Shown one piece after another: positions 19,371 to 28,470 of a stretch of DNA of 64,000 nucleotides (the first letter of the stretch is position 1; each line of letters opens with the position of its first letter). Origin of the DNA: Myxococcota bacterium (GTDB lineage: Bacteria > Myxococcota_A > UBA9042 > PHBI01 > JAWLBL01). Both the position numbers and the translations under genes were made by a program. Below the pieces are notes generated by a model, which was not told where the DNA came from, ran no database searches, and was given only the letters and a program-made list of their open reading frames with translations. The stretch is from the NCBI GenBank assembly GCA_041687695.1, contig JAWLBL010000020.1, positions 64,001 through 128,000 on the forward strand. Direction: 5' to 3'.

Positions 19371-20596
19371 CAGCCCACCTCCTCGGGCGTCCGCCGCGCC
19401 GCCGCGTCGCCACCCGCCGGGGCCGCCGCCGCCTGGGCTTGCACCAGCGCCTTCTCGTAGATGCGATGGCGCCGGTGGACGTTGCCGCCCATGAGCTTGA
19501 TGCCCATGTTGATCTTGTCGTTGTCCTCGAGGGTCCAGCCCAGCTCGCCGTGGGTCAGCCCGAGGCGCGCGCCGCGGTCGTTCATCTCGGCGTACAGCAG
19601 CACGCTCAGGCCCTTGCCGCCGATGCCGGTGCCGCGGAACTTCGGCCGGATGCCCAGGGCGACGAGGCGCGCCGACTTGTAGGGGACGCGCTTGACGCGC
19701 CAGAAGAGCTTGGCGAACCCGAACGGCAGCAGCTTGCCGTCCAGATCGGCGATGTGCTCGTGGATGTTCGGCAGGGCGAAGCTGATGGCGGCGGGCTCGC
19801 CGTCGATCTCGGCGATGAGGCACAGGTCGGGGACGACGAAGAGCTTGAGGTCGGCGGCCAGCTTGGTGATCTCGGCGTCGGTGAGCGGCACGAACCCCCA
19901 GTTCTTCGCCCAGGCCTCATTGAAGATGTCCATGATGATGCGGACGTCGCGCTCGAGCGCCTTCATGTCGATGGTGCGGACCGTGACCCCCGGCGACTTC
20001 TTGGCGGCGTCGGCCATCTGCCGGATGGGCTTGGGCAGCTCGCCGGTCTTGTAGCCCCACGAGAAGAGGTCCTTGGCCTTGGTCAGGCCCTGGGCCTCGA
20101 GCAGCCGCGCGTAGTAGGGCGGGCTGTGGCTCATCATCGGGTAGGGCGCGATGTCGTGCCCTTCGACGAGCACGCCGCACTCGTCGTTGATGGTGAAGCT
20201 GAACGGGCCGCGCATGCTGGCCCGGCCGCGCGCGCGCAGCCAGGCCTCGGCGCGTTCGAGCAGCGCCTTGGCGACCGCCTCGTCGTCGATGGCCTCGAAG
20301 AAGCCGAAGAAGCCCGCGCCGTCGCCGTGGACCCGGTCGTGCTCACCGTTGATGTGGGCGCTGATGCGGCCGACCGGCTTGCCGTCGCGGAAGGCGACGA
20401 AGAGCTCGGCCTCGCCGTGACGGAAGAACGGGTTCTTGCGGCGGTCCAGGAACTCGCGCCGCTCTTGCAAGAGCGGCGGCACCCAGGCGGGATCCGGGGT
20501 CTCGCCGCGGTAGACCACCCAGGGCATCCGGATGAAGGCCTCGAGGTCCTTCTTCGAGGTGACGGGGCGGACGGTGACGGACGTGGTCACGGACAT
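19370..20596 (-). CDS. YghO-like GNAT acyltransferase (candidate bacterial ceramide synthase)
   Basis: WVPPL, NPFF, VGRI, GFFGFFE, MRGP, PPYY, NWGFVP, WTLEDN. Confidence 0.8.
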   Translation of the reverse strand: MSVTTSVTVRPVTSKKDLEAFIRMPWVVYRGETPDPAWVPPLLQERREFLDRRKNPFFRHGEAELFVAFRDGKPVGRISAHINGEHDRVHGDGAGFFGFFEAIDDEAVAKALLERAEAWLRARGRASMRGPFSFTINDECGVLVEGHDIAPYPMMSHSPPYYARLLEAQGLTKAKDLFSWGYKTGELPKPIRQMADAAKKSPGVTVRTIDMKALERDVRIIMDIFNEAWAKNWGFVPLTDAEITKLAADLKLFVVPDLCLIAEIDGEPAAISFALPNIHEHIADLDGKLLPFGFAKLFWRVKRVPYKSARLVALGIRPKFRGTGIGGKGLSVLLYAEMNDRGARLGLTHGELGWTLEDNDKINMGIKLMGGNVHRRHRIYEKALVQAQAAAAPAGGDAAARRTPEEVG

Positions 20597-20654
20597 GGGC
20601 GCCTCTCGCGGGTGGCGGCGGACCCCGCGGCCCGGCGCAAGGGGGCCGTATAGA

Positions 20655-21623
20655 TCACGGCACCCGTGGAAGCAACGGCCCGTCGTGCCAGGCGGGGACC
20701 CCGCGCAGCACCTCGGCGAAGTCGCCCGGGTCGGCCCGCCGGATCGCGGGCGACCACATGCCGACGCTGGCTCCGAGCCGCGCGATGAGCTCGCCCGGGT
20801 GGTCGCCCGCCTCGCGGAAGGTCGCCAGCGCCAGGTCCCCCTCGCGCTTGGACAGCTTGCGGCCGCCCTCGTCGGTCACCAGCGGGTGGTGGCCGAACCG
20901 CGGCGCCGGCTGGCCCAGCGCCTCGTGGAGCAGCAGCTGCCGCGCCGTCGAGCCCAGCAGATCCCGCCCACGCACCACGTCCGTGATCCCCATCGCGCCG
21001 TCGTCCGCCACCACGGCCAGCTGGTAGGTGGGCGCCCCGGGGCGTCCCAGCAGGAAGTCGCCGCAGGTCAGCCGCACGTCCTCGACGTGCCGGCCGCACC
21101 ACAGGTCGTCCCAGACGACCCGCGCCCGCTCGCCCTCGGCGGTCACGTCCAGCCGGTAGCCCCCTCGGTCGACGTGCAGCGCGCGCGGCGCCTCGCCCGG
21201 ACCCGGCCGGCACGTGCCGGGGTAGGGCACCTCGCCCCCGGCGTGCAGGTGCGGCGCCGACTGCGCGGCCCGCACCTCGGCCCGGCTGCACGTGCACGGA
21301 TAGGCCCGCCCGCGCCGCGCCAGCGCCTCGAGCCACGCGTCATAGCGTTCGAACCGCGCCGACTGCCGATACGGCCCGAACGGCCCGCCCACGTCCGGCC
21401 CCTCGTCCCAGTCCAGCCCCAGCCAGCGGAGATCCTCGAGCAGCGTCGCCTCGAACTCGGGCCGGCAGCGCGCCACGTCGATGTCCTCGACGCGCAGCAC
21501 CAGGGTCCCACCGGCCGCGCGCGCCGCACCCCAGCCGACCAGGGCCGCCAGGGCGCTGCCGACGTGCAGGGGCCGCGAGGGCGTCGGCGCGAACCGGAAC
21601 CGCCGCGGCGGCGCCCCCGTCAC
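20655..21623 (-). CDS. gluQ: Glutamyl-Q tRNA(Asp) synthetase
   Basis: RFAPTPS..LHVG, LRVEDID, YPCTCSR, YPGTCR, YQLAVVADD, VVRGRDL, KLSKR; short, with no anticodon-binding domain. Confidence 0.9.
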   Translation of the reverse strand: MTGAPPRRFRFAPTPSRPLHVGSALAALVGWGAARAAGGTLVLRVEDIDVARCRPEFEATLLEDLRWLGLDWDEGPDVGGPFGPYRQSARFERYDAWLEALARRGRAYPCTCSRAEVRAAQSAPHLHAGGEVPYPGTCRPGPGEAPRALHVDRGGYRLDVTAEGERARVVWDDLWCGRHVEDVRLTCGDFLLGRPGAPTYQLAVVADDGAMGITDVVRGRDLLGSTARQLLLHEALGQPAPRFGHHPLVTDEGGRKLSKREGDLALATFREAGDHPGELIARLGASVGMWSPAIRRADPGDFAEVLRGVPAWHDGPLLPRVP

Positions 21624-21626
21624 GGC

Positions 21627-23390
21627 CTACTTGATCTTCTCGAGCTGGATGTAGTGCACCGACGGCACGGCCATCTCGTGCACGAAGCGGACCGAGCCCG
21701 TCTGCGGGTTGGTCTCGACGGTGCCGGTCTCGGAGAAGTGGAAGCTGGGCACGCCGTAGCTGTTCCGGTCGATGACGGCCAGGCTGTACTTGACGGCCCG
21801 GATGGTCGCCGGGACGAAGTTGTCGATGACCAGATCGTAGGTGATCGAGGCCGTGCCCGGCGCGACGTTGGCGTTGGCGACGATGATGTGCATCACGTCG
21901 TCCGAGGCCTTGTCGAAGCTGGCCATCGCGGTCATCCCCTCGGCGTCGTGGCCGCTGGTCACGGTCACCGGGACGTGGCCGTTGACCTGACGGAAGGGGA
22001 ACATCGCCATGTAGGCCGGGCGCGCGCAGGTCGGCATGGGCTTGTTCACGTCCCAGGCCTGGTTGGCGCAGGGGTCGCTGGGCGTGCGCGGGTGGAAGTA
22101 GTCGCTCTCGACGATCATGTGCTTGAGCGAGCCCGGGTCCTCGCCCGCGTGCGAGCGCAGGTCCGAGTAGACGCGCGGACCGCGGCCGGCGATGAAGTGC
22201 GCGACGCCGACGTCCTGGATGAAGATGCGGACCGCCGTCTGGAAGGCGCCCAGATAGGCGCTCTTGATGTGCTCGTTCTGCATCATGGCCACGGTCTGCA
22301 GATGCGCGTCGTCGCGGAAGTAGTCCGCGCCCGTCATCACCAGCTTCGTGGCCTGCAGGCCCTTGGCGTCGAGGTAGGCGCGGATCTCCCGCGCGACCTC
22401 AGCGGCCTGGAAGGGCGTGTTGGTGGTCGTGCGGAAGCTGATGAAGTCGAGCGGCGCCTTGTCCTTGGCGATCCAGTCGATGAACCGCGTCACCGGCGGC
22501 TTGCCGACGAAGTAGTCGTCCGCCTTCGCGCCGGCGGGGACCTTCACGTGAAAGCCCATCCCGCCGACGTGCACCGTCGGACCGCGCTCGGGGTCGTCGG
22601 GGAAGTGCTGTTTGACGCCCTCGGCGAACCGGCCGTAGACCTCGTACAGCGTGTCCCAGCTGGTGTCGTGGGCCTCGGGATAGCCCATCGCCCCGACCGG
22701 GTCGTCCATGAACTCGACCCAGCCGACCGGGTAGTTCTTGCCGTTGTCCTTGTCCCAGCTGTCGCCGCCGCGCAGGTGGCGCAGCGTGTTGACGGCCACG
22801 TTCACCCAGGTCGCCTTCGCCGGCTCCTGGCTCGAGATCGGAGTGCCCGCCTGCTGGCCGTTGCCCGACGTCTTGCAACCGCCGTTCGCGCCCGGGTTGA
22901 AGCCGACCTGCCACAGGATGGCGGCCGTGTGCACGTCGGTCGCCGCCTTCATGTGCTGGTCGAGCACGGTGAAGTTGTAGTCGGCCGCCTTGGACGGGTC
23001 CTTACCCGGGTTGGGGAAGATGCCCTCGAGGCTGAGGTCGCAGACCGTCCCGGTGCCCACCCGCACCATGCTCAGGTGCGCGCCGTCGGGCCCCACGTCG
23101 GTCGCGTACTTGCCCCAATAGGCCGTCGTCAGATCGTAGTCGCCAGTGAGGATGGGCTTCGGGGCCCCGTCCATGCCCGTCAGCGGCGTGACCGTCTGCC
23201 CGATCTGCTTCGAGGTCGCCGAGATGGTGATCTTGCGGTACCGCCCACCGTTGAAGTCTTCGGGCAGCGTCAGCCCGTCCTCGTTGCAACCGGTGACCGG
23301 CGCGCCCAGCGCCATCAGCAGGGCGGCGCCAGTGAGGCCCAGCGCTCGGGGCCAGCGGCGAACGTCGATGAGGTTCATGGTGACCTTCAC
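21627..23390 (-). CDS. Lipoprotein with GH39-like fold and apparently altered catalytic residues
   Basis: VTGC lipobox; YNFTVLD, WVEFMDDP, HVGG, PLDFISF resemble the GH39 layout; start may be 23378. Confidence 0.55.
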   Translation of the reverse strand: MKVTMNLIDVRRWPRALGLTGAALLMALGAPVTGCNEDGLTLPEDFNGGRYRKITISATSKQIGQTVTPLTGMDGAPKPILTGDYDLTTAYWGKYATDVGPDGAHLSMVRVGTGTVCDLSLEGIFPNPGKDPSKAADYNFTVLDQHMKAATDVHTAAILWQVGFNPGANGGCKTSGNGQQAGTPISSQEPAKATWVNVAVNTLRHLRGGDSWDKDNGKNYPVGWVEFMDDPVGAMGYPEAHDTSWDTLYEVYGRFAEGVKQHFPDDPERGPTVHVGGMGFHVKVPAGAKADDYFVGKPPVTRFIDWIAKDKAPLDFISFRTTTNTPFQAAEVAREIRAYLDAKGLQATKLVMTGADYFRDDAHLQTVAMMQNEHIKSAYLGAFQTAVRIFIQDVGVAHFIAGRGPRVYSDLRSHAGEDPGSLKHMIVESDYFHPRTPSDPCANQAWDVNKPMPTCARPAYMAMFPFRQVNGHVPVTVTSGHDAEGMTAMASFDKASDDVMHIIVANANVAPGTASITYDLVIDNFVPATIRAVKYSLAVIDRNSYGVPSFHFSETGTVETNPQTGSVRFVHEMAVPSVHYIQLEKIK

Positions 23391-23415
23391 GGCGGCTGCT
23401 CCTTGTCGTCGGCGC

Positions 23416-25197
23416 CTACTCGGCCCAGTACATGTAGCGGACGAGGTGCGTGTCGGACATCTCAGGCTCGAAGCCGCGCAGGTACGGCTTCTTCAGGTAC
23501 GACTTCGTGTAGTAGTACAGCGGCGCCACGGGCATGTCACGCAGCACCAGGGCCTCGGCCCGCGCCAGACGCCGCATCCGCTCGCCGTGGTCGCGCACGG
23601 CCAGGCTGCCCTTGGAGAGCCGGTCGAACTCGTCGCTCTTGAACCCGGCGTAGTTCTGCACGCTGTCCGACTCGAACAGCATGAGGAAGCTGTACGGGTC
23701 CGACAGCCCGCACCACGCCGATCGGGCCATCTGGAAGTCGCCCTGCTGCGTCCGCGACAAGAAGCTCTTCCACTCCATGTTCTCGAGCACGACGTCGATG
23801 CCCAGGTTCTCTTTGAGCGACCGCTGCGCGAACTCGGCGATGAGCTTGTGGGCCTCGTAGGTGTTGTAGACCAGCGTGACGGTCGGCAGCCCCACGCCCT
23901 GTGGGTAGCCCGCCTCGGCCAGCAGCTCGCGCGCGCGCGCCGGATCGAACGCGTCGCCGCGCTGCCCCGGGTAGGCCATCGCGGTGTCGAAGAACGGCAG
24001 GACGGGCCCGTCGGCCGGCTGCTGCTTGCCGCGCGTGACGTGCTGGACCAGCGCCGTCTTGTCGATGGCCATGTTCACGGCGCGCCGGATGCGCACGTCG
24101 TCGAACGGCGGCTTATCCATGCGCATCGCGTAGTAGTAGAAGCAGAGGTACGGATCGATGAAGAAGTCCGGCCGCCCCGACTCGATGAACTCCGAGATGC
24201 GCTCGGGCGGCGGCGGCGTCCGCGACCAGTGCACCTCGCCGACCTCGTAGCGCGTCAGGGCCTGGCTCTCGCTCTCGGTGTGGACGATGCGCACCCGCGG
24301 GATGCGCACGGTGTCGGCCGCCCAGTAGGTCGGGTTCTTCACCAGCGTCGTCCGGTCGCGCAGCAGCATCTCCTGGACGGTGTACGGCCCGTTGACCACG
24401 ATCGTCTCGGGGTCCGTCCACCGCGGGCCGTGCGCCTCGACGGCCTCGCGCGGCACGGGCGCGTAGTGGGGCGTCATCACGTACTGCAAGAAGAACGGCA
24501 CCGGGTCTTGCAGCGTGACCTTCAGCGTCAGGTCGTCGACCGCCTCGACGCCGACCTGGGCGCGATCGGTGATCCGGCCCTCGTTGAAGGCCACCGCGTT
24601 CTTCAGATACTTCAGCTGCTCGGCCGACGGCGAGGCGGTCGCCGGGTCCAGCTTCCGCAGCCACGAGTAGACGAAGTCCTGCGCCGTCACCTGACGGCCG
24701 TTCGACCACTTGGCGCCCTCGCGCAGATGGAAGGTGTAGGTCAGCCCGTCCTCGGACTCCTCCCAGCGCTCGGCCATGCCCGGCTGCGGCGGCCCGGTCG
24801 TGGGGCCCGGCACCAGCAGCGGCTCGAACACGTTCTGGATGACCAAGAAGCCCTCGGTCTCCTGCGCCAGGCTGGGGTCGATGCTGGTCGCGCCCCCGCC
24901 GGTCGTCACCAGCGTCCCGTCGGCGGGCGGCCGCTCGTCGCACACCGGGTGTCCCTGGCACGGCCACGCGTCCCGCCCGTGCATCCGCTGCACCCCGCCC
25001 GCAGCCGGCTCGGCGGCCGGCTCACCCGCCGCCACCTCGGGCGGCTCGTAGGTGTCGGGCGCCGGCGTCGCCTGGAACGGCGCCGACTGGCCGCGCTCGG
25101 CCGTCTGGCACGCCGCCAGCGCCGCGACGCTCGCGAGCAGGGTGGACAGGGCGATCACGCGGCTCGGCCGCGTCCGTCGAGGGGCAACACGCTTCAC
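23416..25197 (-). CDS. OppA-like peptide ABC transporter substrate-binding lipoprotein
   Basis: LAAC lipobox; SIDP, AERWE.SEDGLTYTFHLREGAKWSNG, NGPY, DVRIRRA..AIDK; GTG start at 25197 or 25158. Confidence 0.9.
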   Translation of the reverse strand: MKRVAPRRTRPSRVIALSTLLASVAALAACQTAERGQSAPFQATPAPDTYEPPEVAAGEPAAEPAAGGVQRMHGRDAWPCQGHPVCDERPPADGTLVTTGGGATSIDPSLAQETEGFLVIQNVFEPLLVPGPTTGPPQPGMAERWEESEDGLTYTFHLREGAKWSNGRQVTAQDFVYSWLRKLDPATASPSAEQLKYLKNAVAFNEGRITDRAQVGVEAVDDLTLKVTLQDPVPFFLQYVMTPHYAPVPREAVEAHGPRWTDPETIVVNGPYTVQEMLLRDRTTLVKNPTYWAADTVRIPRVRIVHTESESQALTRYEVGEVHWSRTPPPPERISEFIESGRPDFFIDPYLCFYYYAMRMDKPPFDDVRIRRAVNMAIDKTALVQHVTRGKQQPADGPVLPFFDTAMAYPGQRGDAFDPARARELLAEAGYPQGVGLPTVTLVYNTYEAHKLIAEFAQRSLKENLGIDVVLENMEWKSFLSRTQQGDFQMARSAWCGLSDPYSFLMLFESDSVQNYAGFKSDEFDRLSKGSLAVRDHGERMRRLARAEALVLRDMPVAPLYYYTKSYLKKPYLRGFEPEMSDTHLVRYMYWAE

Positions 25198-25268
25198 GCG
25201 AGCGATATAGCACCGGAGCCGCTCGGCTTCCAATCGGCTTCCAGTCGGCGCGAGGCCCGGCCCGCGCC

Positions 25269-28193
25269 TCAGGGGCTCGGCGGCAGCCGGTCCTCGAGCT
25301 CGCCCTCGATCGGCGTCGGCCGCTCGGCCCCCGGCGGCGGCTCCGTCGGGCGCACGTACTCGCGCCCCAGCCACAGCGGCTCCTCGGGCTTGCGGAACAG
25401 CGGCTGATAGGGCGCCGCCGCCAGCACCTCGGTCTCGGTGATGGCCTTCTCGCGCCGCTGCATCATGTCCATGACGTGGCTGACGCGCTTGACCCACCAG
25501 TGGTTGAGCGTCTGCGCCTCCCACTGCTTGTAGCCGGCGTGCGGGTACGGCTTGAGCCCCATGATGAACGCCGCCTCGAGCGGCGACAGCTCCCACGGGA
25601 GCTTGCCGAAGTAGTGCCGTGACGCCCGCTTGATGCCGTACAGATCCGGTCCGTACTCGATGACGTTGATGTACATCGTCAGGATCTCGTCCTTGGTCAG
25701 GACGCGTTCCATCTGCCAGCTGATGATCAGCTCCTCGAGCTTGCGCGCCAGCGTCTTCTCTCGGGTCAGGTACAGGTTCTTGACCAGCTGCTGCGTGATC
25801 GTGCTGCCGCCGTAGACGAAGCGCTCTTTTTCGAGGTCCAGCTTCAGCGCCCGCGCGACCAGCTCCCAGCGCACGCCCTTGTGGTTGAGGAAGTTGCGGT
25901 CCTCGGTCACGATCGCCGCCGCCTTCACGAAGTCCGGCAGCAGGTGCGAGGCCACCCACTCGCGCGTCCCCGGCCCGACCTTGACGTGCTCGAGCCGCCC
26001 CCGCGTCGGCTCGACCGGGTGGTGCACGAACCCCCGCCCCCTGAGCGCCTCCAGATCGATCTCACGCCCGAGCGACAGCACCTCGCACCGCTCGACGTCG
26101 CCGTCGACCTTCAGCTCGAGCTCGGCCGGCTTGTCCAGATCGACCGTCAGCAGGGCATCGAACTGCATCTCCCCCCGCAGCCGCCATCCGGCGAGGCGCG
26201 GCACCAGCACCTCGGGGATCGCCTCGGCCACCCGATCGCACCGCTGCCGCGGCATCGACACCCGCGCGTCCACCTTGCCCCGCTGCCCCGGCGGCCGCTC
26301 CAGCGTCAGGCTCCCCGTCAGCCGGGCCTGCCCCAGCCGCATCGACTCCAGCTGTAGCCGCGCCCGGTGGCGCTCGGGCTCGACCTCGACCGTGAACCCG
26401 ACCTCACCCTCGAGCCCTCGCACCGGCGCGTGCGAGATGCGCCAGCTCTGGAACCCGAAGTCCCGCACCTTGGCCGTCCCGACCGCCTTGTGCGGCCGCC
26501 CCGGCCCCTCGGGCGGCCGGTAGTCGAAGCGCACGTCGACCTCGGCGTCCGGCTCGACGACGAGGTGATCGCTGAAGCGGCTGACGATGTGCGCGAAGTC
26601 CTTGCCGCGGACCTGCCCCTGCACCTGCTGCAGCGCCCCGTCGCGCCCCACCGACACGCTCAGCTCGAACGCCCCGGTGGCCCCCGACGCCCGGACGATC
26701 AGCGCGTCCGAGGCCACGACCCGCGTCCCGTCCGCCCGCCGCGCGACGGTCACGCCCAGCTGATCCAGCCCGAAGACCCCCTGTCCGCCCGCCGCGTCGT
26801 CGACCATCAGCAGCCGCCCGTCACGGACCTCCAACGCCAGCTCACCCAGCCGCGCCAGGAGTCCGTCCTCGAACCCGGCGCGCACCGGCAACGCGGGCAG
26901 CGGCGCCCCCTCGGTGCCGGCCACCGCCGCCGGCTGGGCCGCGTCCAGGAACGTCGACAGCAGCCGGTGCCCCGGCATCGCCTGCAGCGCCGACCGATCG
27001 TGCACCGACAGCCGCAGCTCGGGGCCCGACACGGTCACCGCCTTCAGCGCGTCCAGCGGCTCGCCCGCGATCAGCGGCGCCCACGGGGCCTCGACCAGAT
27101 CCACGGCCACCGCCCCCACCCGGATCCGCGCCGCGCCACCCCCCGGGGCCAGCTTCACGTCCCGCGCGACCACTCGCGTCGGACGCACCGGCAGGGGCCC
27201 GTCGTCGGCCGGCGCCAGCGCCAGCTCGACCTCGGCCACCTCGAGGCGCCGCCCACCCCGCGCGGCGACGACCTTCGCGGCCTCGACCGCGCGCACGCGC
27301 TCGGGACGGGGCACCACCGACGCTCCGTCGTCCGTCGCCACCAGCCGTCCGACCGCGAGGGTCGCATCGCCGAGCGTCACCGAGACATCGGCGAGCTCGG
27401 TCGCGCCCTCGCCGACCGCCCGCGACACCCCGCCCACGCTCGCGACGACCGGTCGCCCAGCGTGCACGCCCCGGACCGACAGGCCCGACGCGAACTCGGC
27501 CCGCGCCACGCCCGCGTCCCACTCGAAGCGTCCGGCCACCGGCTCCGCCCCGGCGTCCACCCGCGCCTGGGCCCGCGCCGACACGCGGCGCTCCTCGTCT
27601 CGCGCGAGGCGGCCCGACACGTCGCGCAGCCTCAGTCGGGGAAGCGACACGTCGCGGACCCCGGCGAGCGTCACGTCCAGCGCGCCGCCCTCCACCTCCA
27701 CCGTCAGCGGCCGCGCCGGCCCGGCCTCGGCTCCGGGCGCCTTCGCGCCCGGACCACGCAGCGCCTCGACCAGATCCTCCAGATCGTGCCCGCCGTCGAC
27801 GCGCGCCGCGACCGCGGCCTCCAGCCCCGCCAGGGTGACGTGATCGGGCCTCCGGCGCCCCGAGAGGACGGCCAGCGGCGTGAGATCGGTCCGGACCTCG
27901 GCCACGGCGATCTGGGGCGAGACCCCGTCCGGTCGCGTGACGCGCACGTCCCGCAGGACCAGCCCGGTCGTCACGCCCAGCTCGATGCGTCCCACGACGA
28001 CGCGCCGGCCGGTCCGCTGCTCCAGCGTGTCCAGCCGCGCGCGCAGCTCGCCCTGGGCCATCGACGCGGCGACCGAGGCCCCCAGCCCAAGGACCGCCAG
28101 GGCGGTCACGACGCCCGTGAGCGCCCAGGCCCAGCGCGGCCACCGTCGGCGCGCGGGCAGGAGGAAGCGAGGGCGTGCGGGTCCGGTGTCCAT
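25269..28193 (-). CDS. Monofunctional peptidoglycan transglycosylase (GT51) with a very large N-terminal periplasmic region
   Basis: EDRNF..H.G, GGSTITQQLVKNL, RKLEE, KDEILTMYIN; N-terminal TM; no transpeptidase domain after GT51. Confidence 0.88.
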   Translation of the reverse strand: MDTGPARPRFLLPARRRWPRWAWALTGVVTALAVLGLGASVAASMAQGELRARLDTLEQRTGRRVVVGRIELGVTTGLVLRDVRVTRPDGVSPQIAVAEVRTDLTPLAVLSGRRRPDHVTLAGLEAAVAARVDGGHDLEDLVEALRGPGAKAPGAEAGPARPLTVEVEGGALDVTLAGVRDVSLPRLRLRDVSGRLARDEERRVSARAQARVDAGAEPVAGRFEWDAGVARAEFASGLSVRGVHAGRPVVASVGGVSRAVGEGATELADVSVTLGDATLAVGRLVATDDGASVVPRPERVRAVEAAKVVAARGGRRLEVAEVELALAPADDGPLPVRPTRVVARDVKLAPGGGAARIRVGAVAVDLVEAPWAPLIAGEPLDALKAVTVSGPELRLSVHDRSALQAMPGHRLLSTFLDAAQPAAVAGTEGAPLPALPVRAGFEDGLLARLGELALEVRDGRLLMVDDAAGGQGVFGLDQLGVTVARRADGTRVVASDALIVRASGATGAFELSVSVGRDGALQQVQGQVRGKDFAHIVSRFSDHLVVEPDAEVDVRFDYRPPEGPGRPHKAVGTAKVRDFGFQSWRISHAPVRGLEGEVGFTVEVEPERHRARLQLESMRLGQARLTGSLTLERPPGQRGKVDARVSMPRQRCDRVAEAIPEVLVPRLAGWRLRGEMQFDALLTVDLDKPAELELKVDGDVERCEVLSLGREIDLEALRGRGFVHHPVEPTRGRLEHVKVGPGTREWVASHLLPDFVKAAAIVTEDRNFLNHKGVRWELVARALKLDLEKERFVYGGSTITQQLVKNLYLTREKTLARKLEELIISWQMERVLTKDEILTMYINVIEYGPDLYGIKRASRHYFGKLPWELSPLEAAFIMGLKPYPHAGYKQWEAQTLNHWWVKRVSHVMDMMQRREKAITETEVLAAAPYQPLFRKPEEPLWLGREYVRPTEPPPGAERPTPIEGELEDRLPPSP

Positions 28194-28408
28194 GGGCGCG
28201 GCAGCTCGGAGGGCCGGTGGGAGGGTGACGGGAGCGGGCTGGGAGGCGGCGCCCCGGAAACGCCTGTCCCGTCCGGGCTATTCTAGCGCGCCCGGGCGCG
28301 GCCGTCAGATGTAGCGCAACCGTAGGCGATCGTGGAGCTTTTCGCGACCCGGTCGCGGCGGCGGCGGCCCCATGGCCCGATCCTGCGCGCCGACTCGGGG
28401 TTTGCCCT

Positions 28409-28437
28409 TTGATCGTGGGCCGGGCGCCGACTATGCT
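28409..28437 (+). promoter_or_regulatory. Putative sigma70-type promoter
   Basis: TTGATC-N17-TATGCT upstream of GGAGG and the ATG at 28471. Confidence 0.5.
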
Positions 28438-28470
28438 TCCGACTCCCTGTCGCTTGGAGGCCGGACGCCC

